Shown in pieces: positions 1-13,990 of a stretch of 64,000 nt of DNA. Source of the DNA: Isurus oxyrinchus. Lineage: Eukaryota. The position numbers were made by a program, and so were the translations under genes. The notes beneath the pieces were generated by a model, which was not told the origin of the DNA, did not search any database, and saw only the letters and a list, made by a program, of their open reading frames with translations. Each line of letters opens with the position of its first letter. Position 1 is the first letter of the stretch. The DNA is taken from positions 53,010,001 through 53,074,000 of the forward strand of contig JANJGN010000002.1 of NCBI GenBank assembly GCA_026770705.1. Reading direction: 5' to 3'.

Positions 1-1859
1 CCCTGACTTCAATTGGCTCCCTGCCCCCAATGCAATGAATTCAAAATCATTGTCTTCATTCAGAAATCTCTTCAAGACCCTGACCCACCATATCTTGCAA
101 TTCCTCCAGGGCATGTCCTTCAGTCATCTAATTGTGGCTTCCCTCACTCATCACAGTCCGGCCCTTTATAACTCTTCCCCTAAACCTTTCTGCCTAACTA
201 TTGCATTTGCCTCCACCTTAAAACCATCCTCAAAGCTTCTCCAAAGCCTTTTTATTACTGATGCTATTTCCTCCCCCAACATATCTAATGCTTATTTCCT
301 TCCAAGCTTTTGGAATAATGCTCCAGACTTTGATATGTCTACGAATCATTCTTGTAAATTAATCACCACCAGTCCTTGCCCAAGTACTTTTCATACTTTT
401 ATACTTTATTTTAGCTCTAATTTAAAATGATGTTTTTGCTAGGATATGGAATTCAGAACAGGCTTGATTTGCCTAACTGCCAGCAAGTCTGCTAAAATTA
501 ATCTGTAAGTCAGCGAATGGAAACAACATATCATCATTGGTAACCATGGTATTGCACTCTCTCTCTCTGAACAATACAGCCTCTGAAGAACTGAAAATTA
601 CACATTACATACAGAAGACATTAAGTAGTTAAAAAAATGCTCAATCTCCCCTAAGTTGTTTTTCCAGCAGTTCAACATAACATTTAAAATAAATAAGCTT
701 TAAAATAATTAAAGCTTTACAATATTGAAAAGAAAATGAAATAAACCTTGTCCTTTCAGGTAATGCATAATTTTTCTGTCTTGTCCTATCTTTAACCAAA
801 TTACATTTTAGGAATTCCAGATGGTCTTTATGATGCTCATATAACAAAACTGATGACTTGAAGAAGCAACCGAGCACCATTAACATTCACAGGGTGAATG
901 GTTGTGATGGACAGTTTACTTGTTAAATACAAAATAATTAGGGTTTCGGTTCATCACTGATTCATATTTCAATACTGCAATCAAAATGGGTGTAACTAGG
1001 TTTTAATCATTATCATGTCAATTATGTGATAATGTCATTAACCAGTTAGTGATCTGCAGATTAGTCCAAATTAGCAGAAAGGACAGCAATAAAATATAAA
1101 TAATTATTACAATGATTTAGATTTATGTTACAGATATCAACATAAACAACAGGAAGTGATGAACATTCTAATATTATACTGTACATTTCAGGGCAAAGGG
1201 AAAAGCAGAATCTACATGTTACCTATTATGCAAACTTACATATATTGCACAGATATACAGGCTAATGCCCCTTTTGATTAATCTTCCATGTCTCCTGTGA
1301 CAAATTTAAGTAAACTATTCATTGCACAATGTCTTCTACTCATTAGAGTCTCAAATTCATGAAGATAAGAAAGCTCAAGAGATAGCGAGAGTGAAAAAAA
1401 TAATTCCTAAGTATATTTTAACCCTGGATTTAAAAAAAATTCTGTTGCATACAAGTAACAACAAACCAAAAAAATAGAAATGGTAATTCGGTTCTTTAGT
1501 CACATCCAGGCTACACAGCAACGTTGCCTCTCTTCCAAGCTGCATCCTAACTCTCCAAATCTCCGTCACATGCATGCTATCTGGTACTAAGTCCTATTTC
1601 TCTCTTATCCTTGTCCTTGAATTTCTATTGGCTCCCCATCCCCAAAGCACGGACTTCAAAGCCCACTCCGTGCCTTTGTCCCACCCTATCCACGAAACAC
1701 TCGAACACTATATCTTAGCTTGCATTCTCCGCTCTCCCAATGATAGCAACATTGTTCTCCCTTTCCTTTCTCTTCATCACAGCTGACCGAGCCTTCAACC
1801 ATCACATTCTAACATTTTGGAAGTTTCTTCTCCAAACTCTCCAGTTTGCTATTATCTCA

Positions 1860-3161
1860 TCTTACAACTGCAAATATCTGCTTTCATAATTCAGACATTA
1901 TAGGAATAACATTTTAGCTGAGAAATTGAATCTTAAATGTAGATAAAGTGAAACACTCGGTTGAGAAACTGGTTAACAGGCCTGGGGCAAATGCAATTCA
2001 AAGAGTAACCTGTGTTTAGTTAATAAGGTCAGGGCTGGAAGTGAGAAAACTTAAACTAAGGGTGACCCATCTCAGAGCTTGGTAGGGACATGAGTTCTAC
2101 AGTTATTTCAATAAGGGATTTAAATTATTCATGTAGCTCCCAGATCAAAGAACTCTAAAGAAGAGGGTTTCTTGGGGGAACAAGCAAGTTTGGAATGAGG
2201 GTCATTAGCTCCACTGGAGCTATAAATTATTCACATGAGACCAAATCAACAGGTTGTTTTGAAGATAAAAGATAATTGATTTAAATTTCTATTTGGAATA
2301 TGCTAGGTGTGCCACATCGCCGTGGAGATAGATAGGTTGCCAGGAACTACTCTTTTGTGTTTCGGGTTTATCCGTGTTTTTGCTCACAGCAACAAGCAGT
2401 TCAGCTTGGAACAGAAGGTCGAGGGAGCAAAATACGTAAATATGTTAGCCAAGCCTGCACCTTAAGCAGACAAAGTAATAACTTTATTATTCACTGTGTG
2501 GAAACTCTCACTCATCTGGTGACTGAATTTGTGAGGAGGAAGAAAGGCTGGAAGATTTCTTGAGCTTGGAGCTGGGGGAAGAAATCTACAGTAACCCTCA
2601 TAATAAAAGGCATTTATACTGGGAGAGAGGGGTCTGTGCCAGTCCAAAGCCAGGACAAGGAGCAAAGAGGCCTTTAGGAACCACGGGTATTCCTGATTTT
2701 TAAAATTACTAAGCAAGAATGCAATGAGACCCAAGTTCGAGCTGAGGAGTTCACAATTGTGAGATTTGAAGGAAAAGTTGGAGATTAACTTAGCCAAAAG
2801 CTAATGGAAGGATCCTCATGAAATTTCATACCTCAAAGAATAGCTGGAACACTGAGGAGAAACCAAAGTGGATTCCAGAGAGATGAAGCATATATGGTTT
2901 GATCCCAGGAGATGTAAATCAGCCCTCAAGATCTTGCAATATCCAGTGGAATTAGGAAGTAATGGGGGAATGAAATTTATACTCCAAGTCCTGACAAGCT
3001 GTAGGGTTAATTTAGTTGTGGTTGTTCTATTTACTTTTAACATACAGTAAGATTATGGTTTTGTTTAAAAACATGAAATCCCGCGACATTGCTCTTTCAG
3101 CTAATCACTGGGTGTTTGAATTTCTCTTTAAACATTAACGTTCTCTACAGAGATACTAACA
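1860..3161. mobile_element. Probable solo LTR inserted in an L2 3' tail
   Basis: Ends in ...TAACA with a degenerate left end (tcttaca). The L2-like tail is split: ctctccagtttgct on the left, ccttcaaagac...aaaacctac on the right. Confidence 0.45.
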
Positions 3162-4176
3162 TTACCTTCAAAGACTTTGTGAAAACCTACTTCCTCGGCT
3201 TTTCCTTCAGTCATCCCTTCCTCCCCAGTTCCTCTCCTAACTCTTGCTTATTGTTCATTTGCAATTCTTCCCCTACCATGAAGCACTTTGTGATGTTTTG
3301 CCAATTTAAAAAGGTGCCATATAACTTGCAGTTAAACAGCTTCATTCCTTCCATTATTATCCTATGATAGGCCTTCCATACTGGAAAGATATTTAAGTAA
3401 GTGTACACAAAACATTTAACTGTGATAAGCAAATACTGAGATGCATGTTTTTTTTTGGTGAAGAGGTTCCTCTTTCAATTAGAAAGATACAGGTGTGAAG
3501 AATGGTTGGACTAGGGTTTGGTCTTCAAAGTTTGTGCTTTAGTGGTAAACAATTGATTGCGGTTTGGTACTGAGCAAACTGAAGCTAAACAATGAGATCA
3601 CTCCAGAAGGGTCCCTCACAGCACTCCAAGCTCAGACTGGTGAACTCAGTACCGAATGAAATCAACATTTCAAGAGACCGCCAGTGGCCTTTGAATAGGA
3701 TGCTTTGATAATAGGAGGGTATGGATTCAGAATAAACAGCCAGGAAAGTAAAGCACTGCACGTCCACAGCATAAAACACTGAACTCTTCACTTCACTTAG
3801 ATGCTGAGCAGTCAAAGATGATTCTGCTCTATAACAGGGTCTACTGATTATACATAACTGCCAATGCTTACTGTCAGGTCACTAATTCAAGTATACCTAC
3901 AGCCTAAATGAGAACCCTCGGGGCCTAGTTCCTATCTCTAGTCATTCTCTTATTTAAAAATTCCAGCAGACCTCCTATGGAGTTGTTCATGTTAAATCAA
4001 TGGACAGTTTTATAATAGGAGCATTATGCCACATAACCTACAAGATGTTATTCTGTAACTGTGCCTGTGAAAGGTCATGAGGTCTAATTGATGTCTCATC
4101 ACATTCTGAGATCAGTTAAAGGATAAATGTGGATAGGCAGCTTGCCGACAAAGGAAAGCAATTTCTGACATCTTAC

Positions 4177-4236
4177 CTCCACATTCCGATTGACTACTAA
4201 TAGTGACATCATCAATGCTACTCAAGTCTTTTCGAG
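4177..4236 (-). CDS. RPS6KC1: Probable RPS6KC1 60-nt exon (phase 1/phase 1, possibly cassette)
   Basis: Strong polypyrimidine tract and acceptor (ttttttttgtattccttctag|), donor G|gtaaga. Open in frame with exon 5: (A)RKDLSSIDDVTISSQSECG(G). Confidence 0.8.
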
Positions 4237-7200
4237 CTAGAAGGAATACAAAAAAAAAGGGCAGTTTACTTAAATACAAATCTTACCAACCATGAAATTT
4301 CAAATATTTTTAGACTATTAGTAGCTAAACATTTCATGATTTATTCTCATTTCCCTCTTCCTCCGTTTTCTAAAAAGGTCTTCATTCACATTCTGTACTC
4401 CTCCAAGGCATGAATAACCTGCCTGATCTCAGGCATCTGCTGCTCTTGAACCAGTCACCTTACTACCATTTGAGACTTCCAAATCCTCCAAATATCAAGA
4501 GATTTCAACAGCTTGATAAGGCAAACAAATCTCAAACACAATTCCACCATTCTTCAGTTCAAGGTTTTAATACACAATTATCCTACAATAGTGAGCTACA
4601 GATGATGTACTGTCATTATTAACAAAGTCTTATTAACAAAATTTACAGTCCAATCCCAAAGAAATTAGGGACCTCTGCTACTCCAAAGCGCTAGTAGGCA
4701 GATATTCATTATATGAAAGACATATTAAGCAGAGTAATAATATCTGGTAAGAAAAACCATCTTTGTTATTCACTTTATTCTCATTTTTCCTGGTTTTTCT
4801 CCCCTTCCCAAACCAATTGGGGCCTTACATCATCTACATCCTCCAACTGGGCAAGTGATATGGCCCAGGTTAAGCACATAGCAGCAATAAAACAAGGGGA
4901 TAAGGTTAAATACAGGATCCATATTAGTTCACTGACTGTGCTAAAATCTCTCTTGGAACTGAAATCACTCTCAAGCAAAGTTTTCTCAAATTTTTGGCCC
5001 ACATATTAAACTGAACGTAAAGCTATTAAAGGCATTTTTAAATGCCTGAGTTTTGATTTGAACCATCTATTTGAGGTGTACCCAACATTACAAGTATGGG
5101 TAGGTTGGCAAGGGGAGAGAAAAATCCACAGGCAATGAACTCTACATCTTAAATGCAATGGGTCTTGAAAGTAATATTGGAAAGCTGCCTTTAATTTGGT
5201 TGGTTTGCACATTTCTATTTCTTAGTTGCAGAGATAATCATGTCTATTATTAGGGAAACAACACTATCAGTAACCTGGAGTGGCACTGAGCTGAATAGGA
5301 TGTGAGCCACCGACATTTGTTTAATTAAAACCTGCACTGTTAACTGGTCTCAGCTGGAATTCCACTGGACAAGGGAAGTAATCAGCCAGCAACTCCATTC
5401 CTGATCATCATCCTGTGGCCCTTCCTAGAAAGAGCTGATGTTATACACAGACAATCTTTGGATTCCCCATGGTTAAGGGATCAGGTAGACACTAACCACA
5501 ACCCAAGTTTATACATTACAATTATGACCCCTTGGGCAGCGTACATAAATGCTGTTGGAATCTATGCAATTACACTACAACAATGAATCACTGGCAAATT
5601 GGAAAAGAATCAACATGGTCGGCCATGCATGGTTACACAATATATTGGGTATTTTGGATCCTGCCTGCGATACCATGCACTGTGAATTCTCATTCACAAC
5701 TGCCTTGCTATGGAAAAAGGATTTCCTCTCCTCACCAACACAAACAAGGAGGGGGAGAAATGCTGGGATAACTGACACTGCTTATTCTCACCTGTGTCTG
5801 GCTGGTCAGTTTAAATTGACATTGTTAGAAGTCATTTAAACAGATTGCCCAGCCACTTAACTGCATTTGCTATGAGCCCTGGGAAGTCTGTGTAAATGAA
5901 CTTGAGAAAGACAGGTACAATTTTTTTGTGGAATTACATACAAATTTTATTTACTGTTTCCAAAACAGTAGGACATTTTTTCAGTTCTTTAGAGTAACTT
6001 CAACTCTCCACTAGAACATAAAAAAGCCTAAAATTCATATAGGGATGAAGTTGTAATGCTTTGCCCACTGCAATGAGAGCATGGAGAGTGTGTAAACTCA
6101 AGAAGTTTATGAACATATTGCGAAACCATCAAAGGACTGGATAAAGGTTGAATGGTAAGTGGAGGAGGTCATTGCTGTTATGAAGCAGCAAAGTAGGAGA
6201 GAGAATAAATCGATCACAAATCAACAAATTAATGGAAAAAAAAAGATTCTGATAAAGCCACACAAGAAGATATTTAATAGCCACTAAACAAAGACTTGGT
6301 GAGAAATCATACAATGAAAATGTCTTTAGAAATGAATGGTACTAAGCCCCATCAAAAATTTGGAAATGCCCAAGTCAGTGAAAAATGATTCACCAAAGTG
6401 TTCAAGAATAGGTTTCCAGAGGTACAGAAAGTAGGCAACAAGGAGCAGAATGGAACAAGTATGCTGAAATCACACTAGAGATTTTCCAGAGATGCATAAT
6501 TAGAGTTAAAAGTAGCTCCCATCACTTTACAAAGTACCAAAGCAAGGTCAATAAAATGATCACTTGAAGAGAAAAAACAATTAATTATCTTAAGGTTAAA
6601 ATGAATGCAAGCAAATTTCCAAGAAGCTCTGGGTTAGGAGTAAGAAATATGAGTATGATGAAAGTGATGCCATTAGGCCCTCTCGCTGGCGTCCAGAGTC
6701 CAAAAAACTTGGCACAATAAAGCTTCATTTTCACCATTTTGAAACAACAGAATGGAAGAATAGAGCAAGATTGTTTAACAGGATCATCAAGATTAGTGTG
6801 AGAAATAAAGGTCAGCACTGCTTTTTAGAATAGTTTGCAACAGGAGAAATACAGGCAAGTCAGTTTTACTTGAAATTATGTTTGTATACAGCCAATTTAT
6901 TTGCAAACTCGCCTAACTTATTATAAAATATTACAGGAAGCCTAAACCACTGCTTTGCTTTTTGTAATTTACACCAGGAGGGGATAATCATCCCTCGATT
7001 CCACATTTAGCCAATCTTTATACTGCTGCAGCAAAATTCTCTCTCTCTTCCACACGAGGGCAGTAAAGTCCTTTGCCTGTGAATCTAGCTGTAAAGCTAC
7101 AAAAATTCACAGGGAATCTACATTTTTGTACAGGAAAGTGTCTTTTTAACAATGGGGGTGAATTTGTTAGTTTATCACATTAATAGAGAATTAGATTTTT

Positions 7201-7479
7201 TCCCCCATTATTGCATCAGGTGTCAGTGTCAAGAGTCTCTATTTAGCATAGATTGAAACACTGTGCTCTGCCGCTAGTTGCATCTTATCCCTTTTTGCAC
7301 CAATTCAAAAATTTAATCTCTCATCCCGATTTGAAATAACCATTTAGTGCCAATTCATGCACAGTTTTATGCTGTTCCTCGAATAGTAATTGGTAGCAAG
7401 TCTGACGAAATGTCCGCCTCAGAAATGATAACTCATCTGCTTGCTCCAAAGATGCTGAATGGTCTGGAGTGTTTCAACA

Positions 7480-8560
7480 ACAATTTGGAATAATATAGCA
7501 CCCTTCAAGGAATAACACATTCCAAGACTCTTCACAGGTGTGTTATTAAACAAAATTTGACACCAAGTCACATAAGGAGATATTAGGACACAGAGAAGAA
7601 GAAAGGCAGAGAGGTTTAGGGGGAAATTACAGAGCCTGGAACCTACACGGCCGCCAATGGTGGAGCAAAGAAAATGGAGGATGTGCAAGAGGCCAGAATA
7701 GATGCTGCACAAGTATTTGGGAGGGTTGTAGGTGGTTAGAGTTAGGGTGGGGCAGGGTCATGAAGGGATTTGAAACAAGAATAAAAATTTTAAAATACAG
7801 CCATTGCTGGACCGGCAGCCAATGTAGGTCAGCGAGCAGAGGGGTGATGGGTGAACAGGAGTTTGTGTGATTTAGCACACAGGCAGCAGAGCTTTGGGGG
7901 AGCTCAATTTACAGAGAGCCAGAGGAATGAGTCAGGCCCGGAAAGCTTTAGATAGAGTCTGGAGATAACAAAGGCATGGATGAGGGTTTCAACAGTAAAT
8001 GATTTGAGGCAGGGCAGAGACAGGCAACATAGGAAGGTGCAAGTAGGCAGTCTTGGTGATGGAGTGGATATGGTATTGGAAGTAAATCCCAGGGTTAAAT
8101 AAGATGCCAAGATTGCAACCAGGCTAACTTAGCCTCAGTGGCCAGGTAATTAAATGGCTTCAGTCTTCCCAATATTTAACTAGAGAAAATTCCTGCTTAC
8201 CCAATACTGGATATTGGACAAGCAACATGATAAATCAAAGGCTGTGGAGGAGTCAAAAGAGATAGTGGGGAGGTAAAGCTAAGTGTCATCAGCATAAATG
8301 TAGAACCTAACATTGCAATTTCAGATTACATTTCCAAATGGTAGAATGTGGCTGAGAAAAAGATGGAAGCCAAAGATAGATCCTTGAGCAACTCCAGAGC
8401 TAATGGTGTGCATGCAGGAATTCATTACAAGTAATTCTCTGGCTACGACTGGGTAGGTAGGAATGGAACCAGTTGATGGCAGTCCCACTCAGCTGGGCAA
8501 TGGGAGGAGGAGCATTAAAAGAGGATGGTCTAGACAACTGTGCAAACTGCCATGGACAGT
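7480..8560 (-). mobile_element. L2 LINE fragment (RT C-terminus plus 3' tail)
   Basis: Minus-strand peptides VETLIHAFVISRL, PITPLLADLHWLPVQQWLYFKI and GTAINWFHSYL are typical of L2 ORF2; frameshifted. Confidence 0.85.
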
Positions 8561-8924
8561 TTGTTTTTATTTCAAATTTCCAACATGTGCAATGTTCATT
8601 TTCATTAAAATAAACTTCATTCTGGGTCCTCACAGTCAGCAGACAGAAGACTTAATCCCATTAGACAGAGTTTGAAATACAGTCAGAGGTAAAACTACAG
8701 CTAAATTTTAGCTGTCATTCTGCATTCTCCAGAATTGGCTACGCAAGGTTCACATGATGTGATTTTCACATGGGTCTCGAAAAAAGTGGCCAGAACTCCC
8801 ACCAAAAACAAGTAGCAGCCTAAAGACTTAAGCAAATTGGGGTCCTATACCAGTTGCAGAACCCCATTTGCAATTTTCAGTGCCAATGATTGGACTGCAC
8901 AGTCCATCCAGTGGGATTGGGGGA

Positions 8925-9110
8925 GATGAAGGTGTAATAATAATGTCACTAGGCTAGTCCAGGGCCCAGGCTAATGCTCTGGCAACATGGGTTCAAATCT
9001 CACCACTGCAGCTGGTTGAATTTGATTAATAAATCTGGAATAGAAAGCTAATCCCAGTAATTGTGCCAGGAAGCTAATGTCGATAGTCATTAAAAAATCC
9101 ATCCAGTGGG
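8925..9110 (+). mobile_element. tRNA-like head of a SINE/LINE family
   Basis: A-box-like ggtgtaataataatgtcact and B-box-like GGTTCAAATCT followed by a repeat body. Confidence 0.5.
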
Positions 9111-9322
9111 ACTAGGAGTGGAGTTGTCTAACCAGTGATCATTAAAGGAAGCATTGCAGACTGCTCAAAAACAGGTACGTTTCAGGTGCAAAAGTGATTT
9201 TTAACAAAGAGAGTGCAAGTTAAAACTTCTAACATTTTTTTTTAAAAAACACAAGTATGAATCTAACAAAAGTTCCACTTTTTAATGTGCACGTATTGTC
9301 TTAGCTTTTGAGTGGTTCTCAC

Positions 9323-9416
9323 CTTCAGTACTGCCATCTGACAAACTATCAATCAGGGACTCTGAACAGGGATCTACTGGCCCGATGAGCTCTGATCCAT
9401 CGTAAACTTCACCATC
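9323..9416 (-). CDS. RPS6KC1: RPS6KC1 coding exon 5
   Basis: ttgcag|GAT...GAA G|gtgaga; 94 nt; DGEVYDGSELIGPVDPCSESLIDSLSDGSTE, resembling human DSSELIGPAEAHSDSLIDTFPECSTE. Confidence 0.93.
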
Positions 9417-10290
9417 CTGCAAAATAAACTTTAAAATGTAACATGGCAAAATAAAAATCCCCTTATTTTCATACAAAAGGTTTTTTTTTTAAAAGAACAG
9501 CCGGGAAGCTATTTTAGATCCTTGAATACAATGCTCTCTAGCCAAGAGGGCAGGATCTCCATCAGTGCTCTTCTTGAACTGGCTGGGGGACCAACATGTC
9601 TTCTGAATGACTGAAAATCAAAAATCTGTTTGGTAGGAAAACAGCTCTATTCTATTGGATTGATTAGAGCCAATCTTAATACCTATAATAAATTTTCAAC
9701 TATTTTACTGTTACTCACATTGTTTAAAAGAAATTCCTTTGCTGAAAGTGTTCACAGAAGCTTGGGTCATGTTGGCACAGGTGCCCTTCAATACCTCGCC
9801 CACATGGCAAATGTTCATGTTTGACAGTAGACACTGAATATTGGGAGGTATTCCACAAGACCTCTTTAGTTTCATTTAAAAATAAACTTCCCCTTCGTGC
9901 AATTGACAGATGCAAACCATTGTAACTTCCACTTCAGGCCAGCTTGGGGTCGAAGTTTATAATTAATGCTGTGCTGTGGCAGCATTAGTATCCCTTTTGC
10001 ATCTGTACTTGCAAGTCACTCTCCACCCCAATTTCACTGTCCACCCCAATTTCAGCAACACAAATTGCTTGAACAATCTTTGAACGTTAATATTTACAAA
10101 GAAAGCGCAAATAATGGAACTGTTGACACTGCAAAAGAGGTGAGAAATCAGGAAAGGAAATTTATCCCTTGCCTCTGGAAAGTAACTTGTAGATGGAACT
10201 GGATTCCCACAAGGATGACGCAACCTGATTTCACATGTTAAGACTTCTACTGTAACAAGAAAAATAGGAGCAACATTGTCTAAACACTAT

Positions 10291-10970
10291 GGGTAGAATT
10301 TTCTGGCTGGCGTGCGGGTAGCGGAGCCCGCATGCTAGCACTTAAAATGTCGCACACTGACGTCGCATGAGCGTCCCGACGTCAGCGCGCAGCATCACGA
10401 TATTTCAGTCGGCAGATGCTCACCCGCCTTTAATTAAAGGCCTCATTAAGGACCTTAACTTGCCAATCGTTGATGATTTTGAGGGGCCCGTGCGAACTTC
10501 GGCTCGGCGCACGGGCCCAATGGGCAGGCTGGTAGGTGATTTTTTTACAAACCTCATCCAGTGGTGGGATGACATTTGATAGCGGTTTTAAAAATGTTTA
10601 ATAAAGTTTTTGTTTATTTCATTAACATGTCCCATCTCGTGTGACATTTTCACAAGGGGGATTTATTAATTTTTTATTGTTCTATTTTTTATATTTGCCA
10701 GCCTTTCAGCGCTCTCCCTGAGGCAGCACTTAGTCTCAGGGAGATGTGCACTCTTTTGCGCATATGTGCGAAAGAGCACACTCTGACAGTTGGGGAATTC
10801 CCCCCACCCCCCCACACAGGAAGCGCTCCATCGAGCAGCCCGCTGGGCGGGCCTTAATTGACCCGCCCACTTAAAATGGCGGCAGGGCCCGTTTCGGCAG
10901 CGGCGCTTGGCTGCCCACCCGCCGCCGAGCTGGTGAGGCCTGCCCGCCCATCAAGGGCAAAATTCTGCCC
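10291..10970. mobile_element. PIF/Harbinger-type MITE
   Basis: TIRs GGGTAGAATTTT / AAAATTCTGCCC with 3-bp TSD TAT/TAT; CpG-rich ends and AT-rich centre; similar to the copies at 23964 and 29768. Confidence 0.85.
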
Positions 10971-11597
10971 TATTTGTGTGGACAACTTATACTTTAAAGT
11001 GCTGAACAAACTTTCCCATTTTATTTTTTAACACAACCGAAAATCCCAGTTCACAATTTATGCTTTACACAGTCCCTTAGGTGGGCATTCAATCCAAAGT
11101 GATTCTTGGCTTGAGGGCTTTCTTTTGTTCTCTTCCTTTCCCAGTCTGGTCATTTTCAACCCCAGAGCTGTCTTTCATGGCAAAGGGTTTTCCCTCTAGT
11201 GCAAGCTAGCTGAATCTTCCAGCCTTGTTTTAAATACTCATGACCTTGGTCTTTTCAATTCAAGCACGAGCTCCCACCCACATTCCTGCATGGTGAACCA
11301 TACAGACTCAAGCTGCTCCCTCTCTCTCAGATTCTGGCAAACAGACTGTGTCTTTGAGTTTTCAGGGATATCTTAGAAACTTTTTCTTTCTCAAAGCCCA
11401 TCTCAATGGCAACATGAATCACAGGGACCTTGTATCCAGATAGAAATACTGACTAGCTATTCTCAAGATCCCAATTCTCTTTTATCTTGGAAATAAATGG
11501 ACAGTTTAAAGCATAACTGTTTACAATCCTATATTCTCAACACCTCCTCGGGACTTTGGAGGCTAGAAGTATAACTACTGTAAACACAGATACTGCA

Positions 11598-11727
11598 GCA
11601 AAAACAAAAATACTGCCGATGCTGGAAATCTGAAATAAGAAAAAAAATTGCTGAAAAAGTTCAGGTCAGGCAGCATGTGTGAAGAGAAAGAGCTAATCTT
11701 TCAGATCGATGACCTTTCATCAGAACT
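11598..11727 (-). mobile_element. Penelope 3'-terminal unit with hammerhead-like motif
   Basis: Homologous to 42025-42161; minus strand reads AGTT CTGATGA A AGGTC atc GATCT GAAAG ATT AGCT. Confidence 0.7.
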
Positions 11728-12237
11728 CAGATGCTTCTGCCATTGTCTCCAAGTGTGAACACCTTACACATTCTTTCCAGCAAAACAACCAACGTTTCCC
11801 TTTAATCTTTACCACATCACCTAGGCCTGTTGTTATGCAGACTTCAGATGAGGTGACATAACCCCCTTCATTTATCCTATTTTAAAGACACAGTCCCGAA
11901 ACATAATAATCTTATACATCTCATACTTGTAATAATAAATTGACTATTAACCTGTTTTAGAACACTATTCAGTAAACGTCACTAAAACTTTAGTCCCTGC
12001 AATAATTTTCCTAGTCACCTGGTGGCACTCAAGTATTTTCCATCGACCAGGCAGAGGTGACAGAAGCACAGCATTTGGCTTGAAACTTATCTGACCTATT
12101 CACCAGCAAGATCAGCCAGCTATATGAAAAGATTGTTTCTCAGTATATGGTCTTCCATAGGGCTAAAATGGTTAAAATAGCTCAACTATCACTATGTGTT
12201 AAATTGCCATCTTGATGTACAATGAAGGCAATTTTAA

Positions 12238-12340
12238 ACGAAACCAGAAAATGCTGGAAAAGCCCAGCAGGTCTGGCGGCATCTGTGGAGAAAGATAGGG
12301 AGTTAATGTTCAGAGTCTAATATGACTCTTCTTTGGAACT
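12238..12340 (-). mobile_element. Short Penelope-derived unit with 9-bp TSD
   Basis: CAATTTTAA flanks both sides (12229-12237 and 12341-12349). Inserted in the left end of an older palindromic MITE (about 12227-12523, centre ccattgaaatcaat, right end gtcaaaattacccc). Confidence 0.75.
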
Positions 12341-13464
12341 CAATTTTAATTTTAGTCACTTCAGCGATAACAAAAACATGCAACAAGGAACTGGCAACCC
12401 GTTTTATATCCCTTTCTATTTTTGCTGAATTCCATTGAAATCAATACAAATTAAAAGTTAAGATGTGAAACGGATTGCTAATTAGCTATCACCATTTTAC
12501 ACTACTGCAGTCAAAATTACCCCTGATTAGTCATTCATGTGTGTTAATTCAATTCCCTCAATAAATCAATGGATTTTCTGTCATATTCTGTCATATTCCA
12601 GAAGTCCAGCACGCATTCCAAATATAAACAGATGCATTCATTTATATAAAAAGGCCAGCCAGTCTAACAAGGAGGAACAAAGAACATAAAAATAATTAGA
12701 TGCAACTGTTCTTTTTTGAGCAGTGTTAGTGATAAGTAGACTTGTCCTCCCCAGCGCTTCAAAAATTATGTACCGTTCTTACAATGTCACAGTTAGCAAG
12801 TAACATACAAAGAAGCAATCATCTTGGTCAATAGTGCAGAGCATACAGTACACACGTAAAAACCACCTTATCACTCTCAAAATCTTAAGTTTATCACATT
12901 TAACAGGTTTTTTCCAAAATAACTTATTCAGTTTCCGTGGCATTATTTAAAAAAAAGGCATGAATGAGGCAACAATGCAACAGTCTGATGTCTCACAAGA
13001 AATTTTAGCAAACAGAGGGTTACAAAGAAAGAACACAGGCCGTGTCATCTACAACTTGATAATACAGCATATACAATGAATGTTAGAGGGGTCAACCAGA
13101 AACTTGAGCAGAAAATCTAGGCTGACGTCAATGCAGTGCTGAGGGAATGCTGCACTGTTGATGTTAAACCAATGCTCTACTTAATGTCATGTAATCCTTT
13201 TATACCCAAGAAATTATCAGAAGATTAGCAGGAGAGTTTCCCCACAGTGACGAGGTAGGGATTACTATTAGGATTGCTAAAATCTAATTGCTGGGTGATT
13301 GCTGGTAGACGATTAAACTGAGATTCATCTGGCCCCGATGAGACTAGATGAAGCAGAACAGGGGAACTGTCTTGGTACCCCACCTGACTTTTATCCTTTA
13401 AACACTGCCACCAGAAACATATCATCTGGTCGTTGAGTTTATTGATTTTTGTGGGATTATTAAA

Positions 13465-13990
13465 AAAAATTGAAGGGATGTTGGCATCGCTGGCTAGGCC
13501 AGCATTTATTGCCCATCCCTTGGAACGGTGATATATTTCTAAGTCAGGACAATGAGTGGCTTGGTGGGGGACTTCCAGTGCTGGTGTTCCCATGTGTTTG
13601 TTGCCCTCGTCCTTCCAGGCAATAGCAGATGTGGGTTTGGAAGATGCTGTCTAAGCAGCCTTGATGGGTTCTTGCAGTACATCTTGTAGATGCTACACAC
13701 AACTGCCACCTTTCATCAGTGGTGATGGGAGTGAATGTTTATGGATGGAGTCCCAATCAAGTGGGTGGCTTTGTCCTGGATGGTGTCAAGTTTCTCAAGT
13801 GTTGGAGCTGCACTCATCCAGGCAAGTGGAGAGTTTTCCATCACACTCCTGACTTGTGCCTTGTAGATGGTGGACAGCTTTGAGGCGTCAGGTGTGTTAC
13901 TCATCAAAGGATTCCTAGCCTCTGACCTGCTCTCATAGCCACAGTATTTATACAGCTAGTCCAGTTCAATTTCTGGTCAATGGTAATCTA
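13465..13990 (-). mobile_element. 3' fragment of second LINE family (same as 54290-55780)
   Basis: Peptide LSTIYKAQVRSVMENSPLAWMSAAPT; 3' tail gggatgggcaataaatgctggcctagccag shared with 55716-55745. Confidence 0.8.

Noticed and set aside
1-4176. Next RPS6KC1 exon (FSSDSDL.../MIT domain)
   Set aside because: I could not find a matching frame in this interval; it presumably lies left of the window.
8925-9010. tRNA gene
   Set aside because: Only degenerate A/B boxes fused to a repeat body; no cloverleaf evident.
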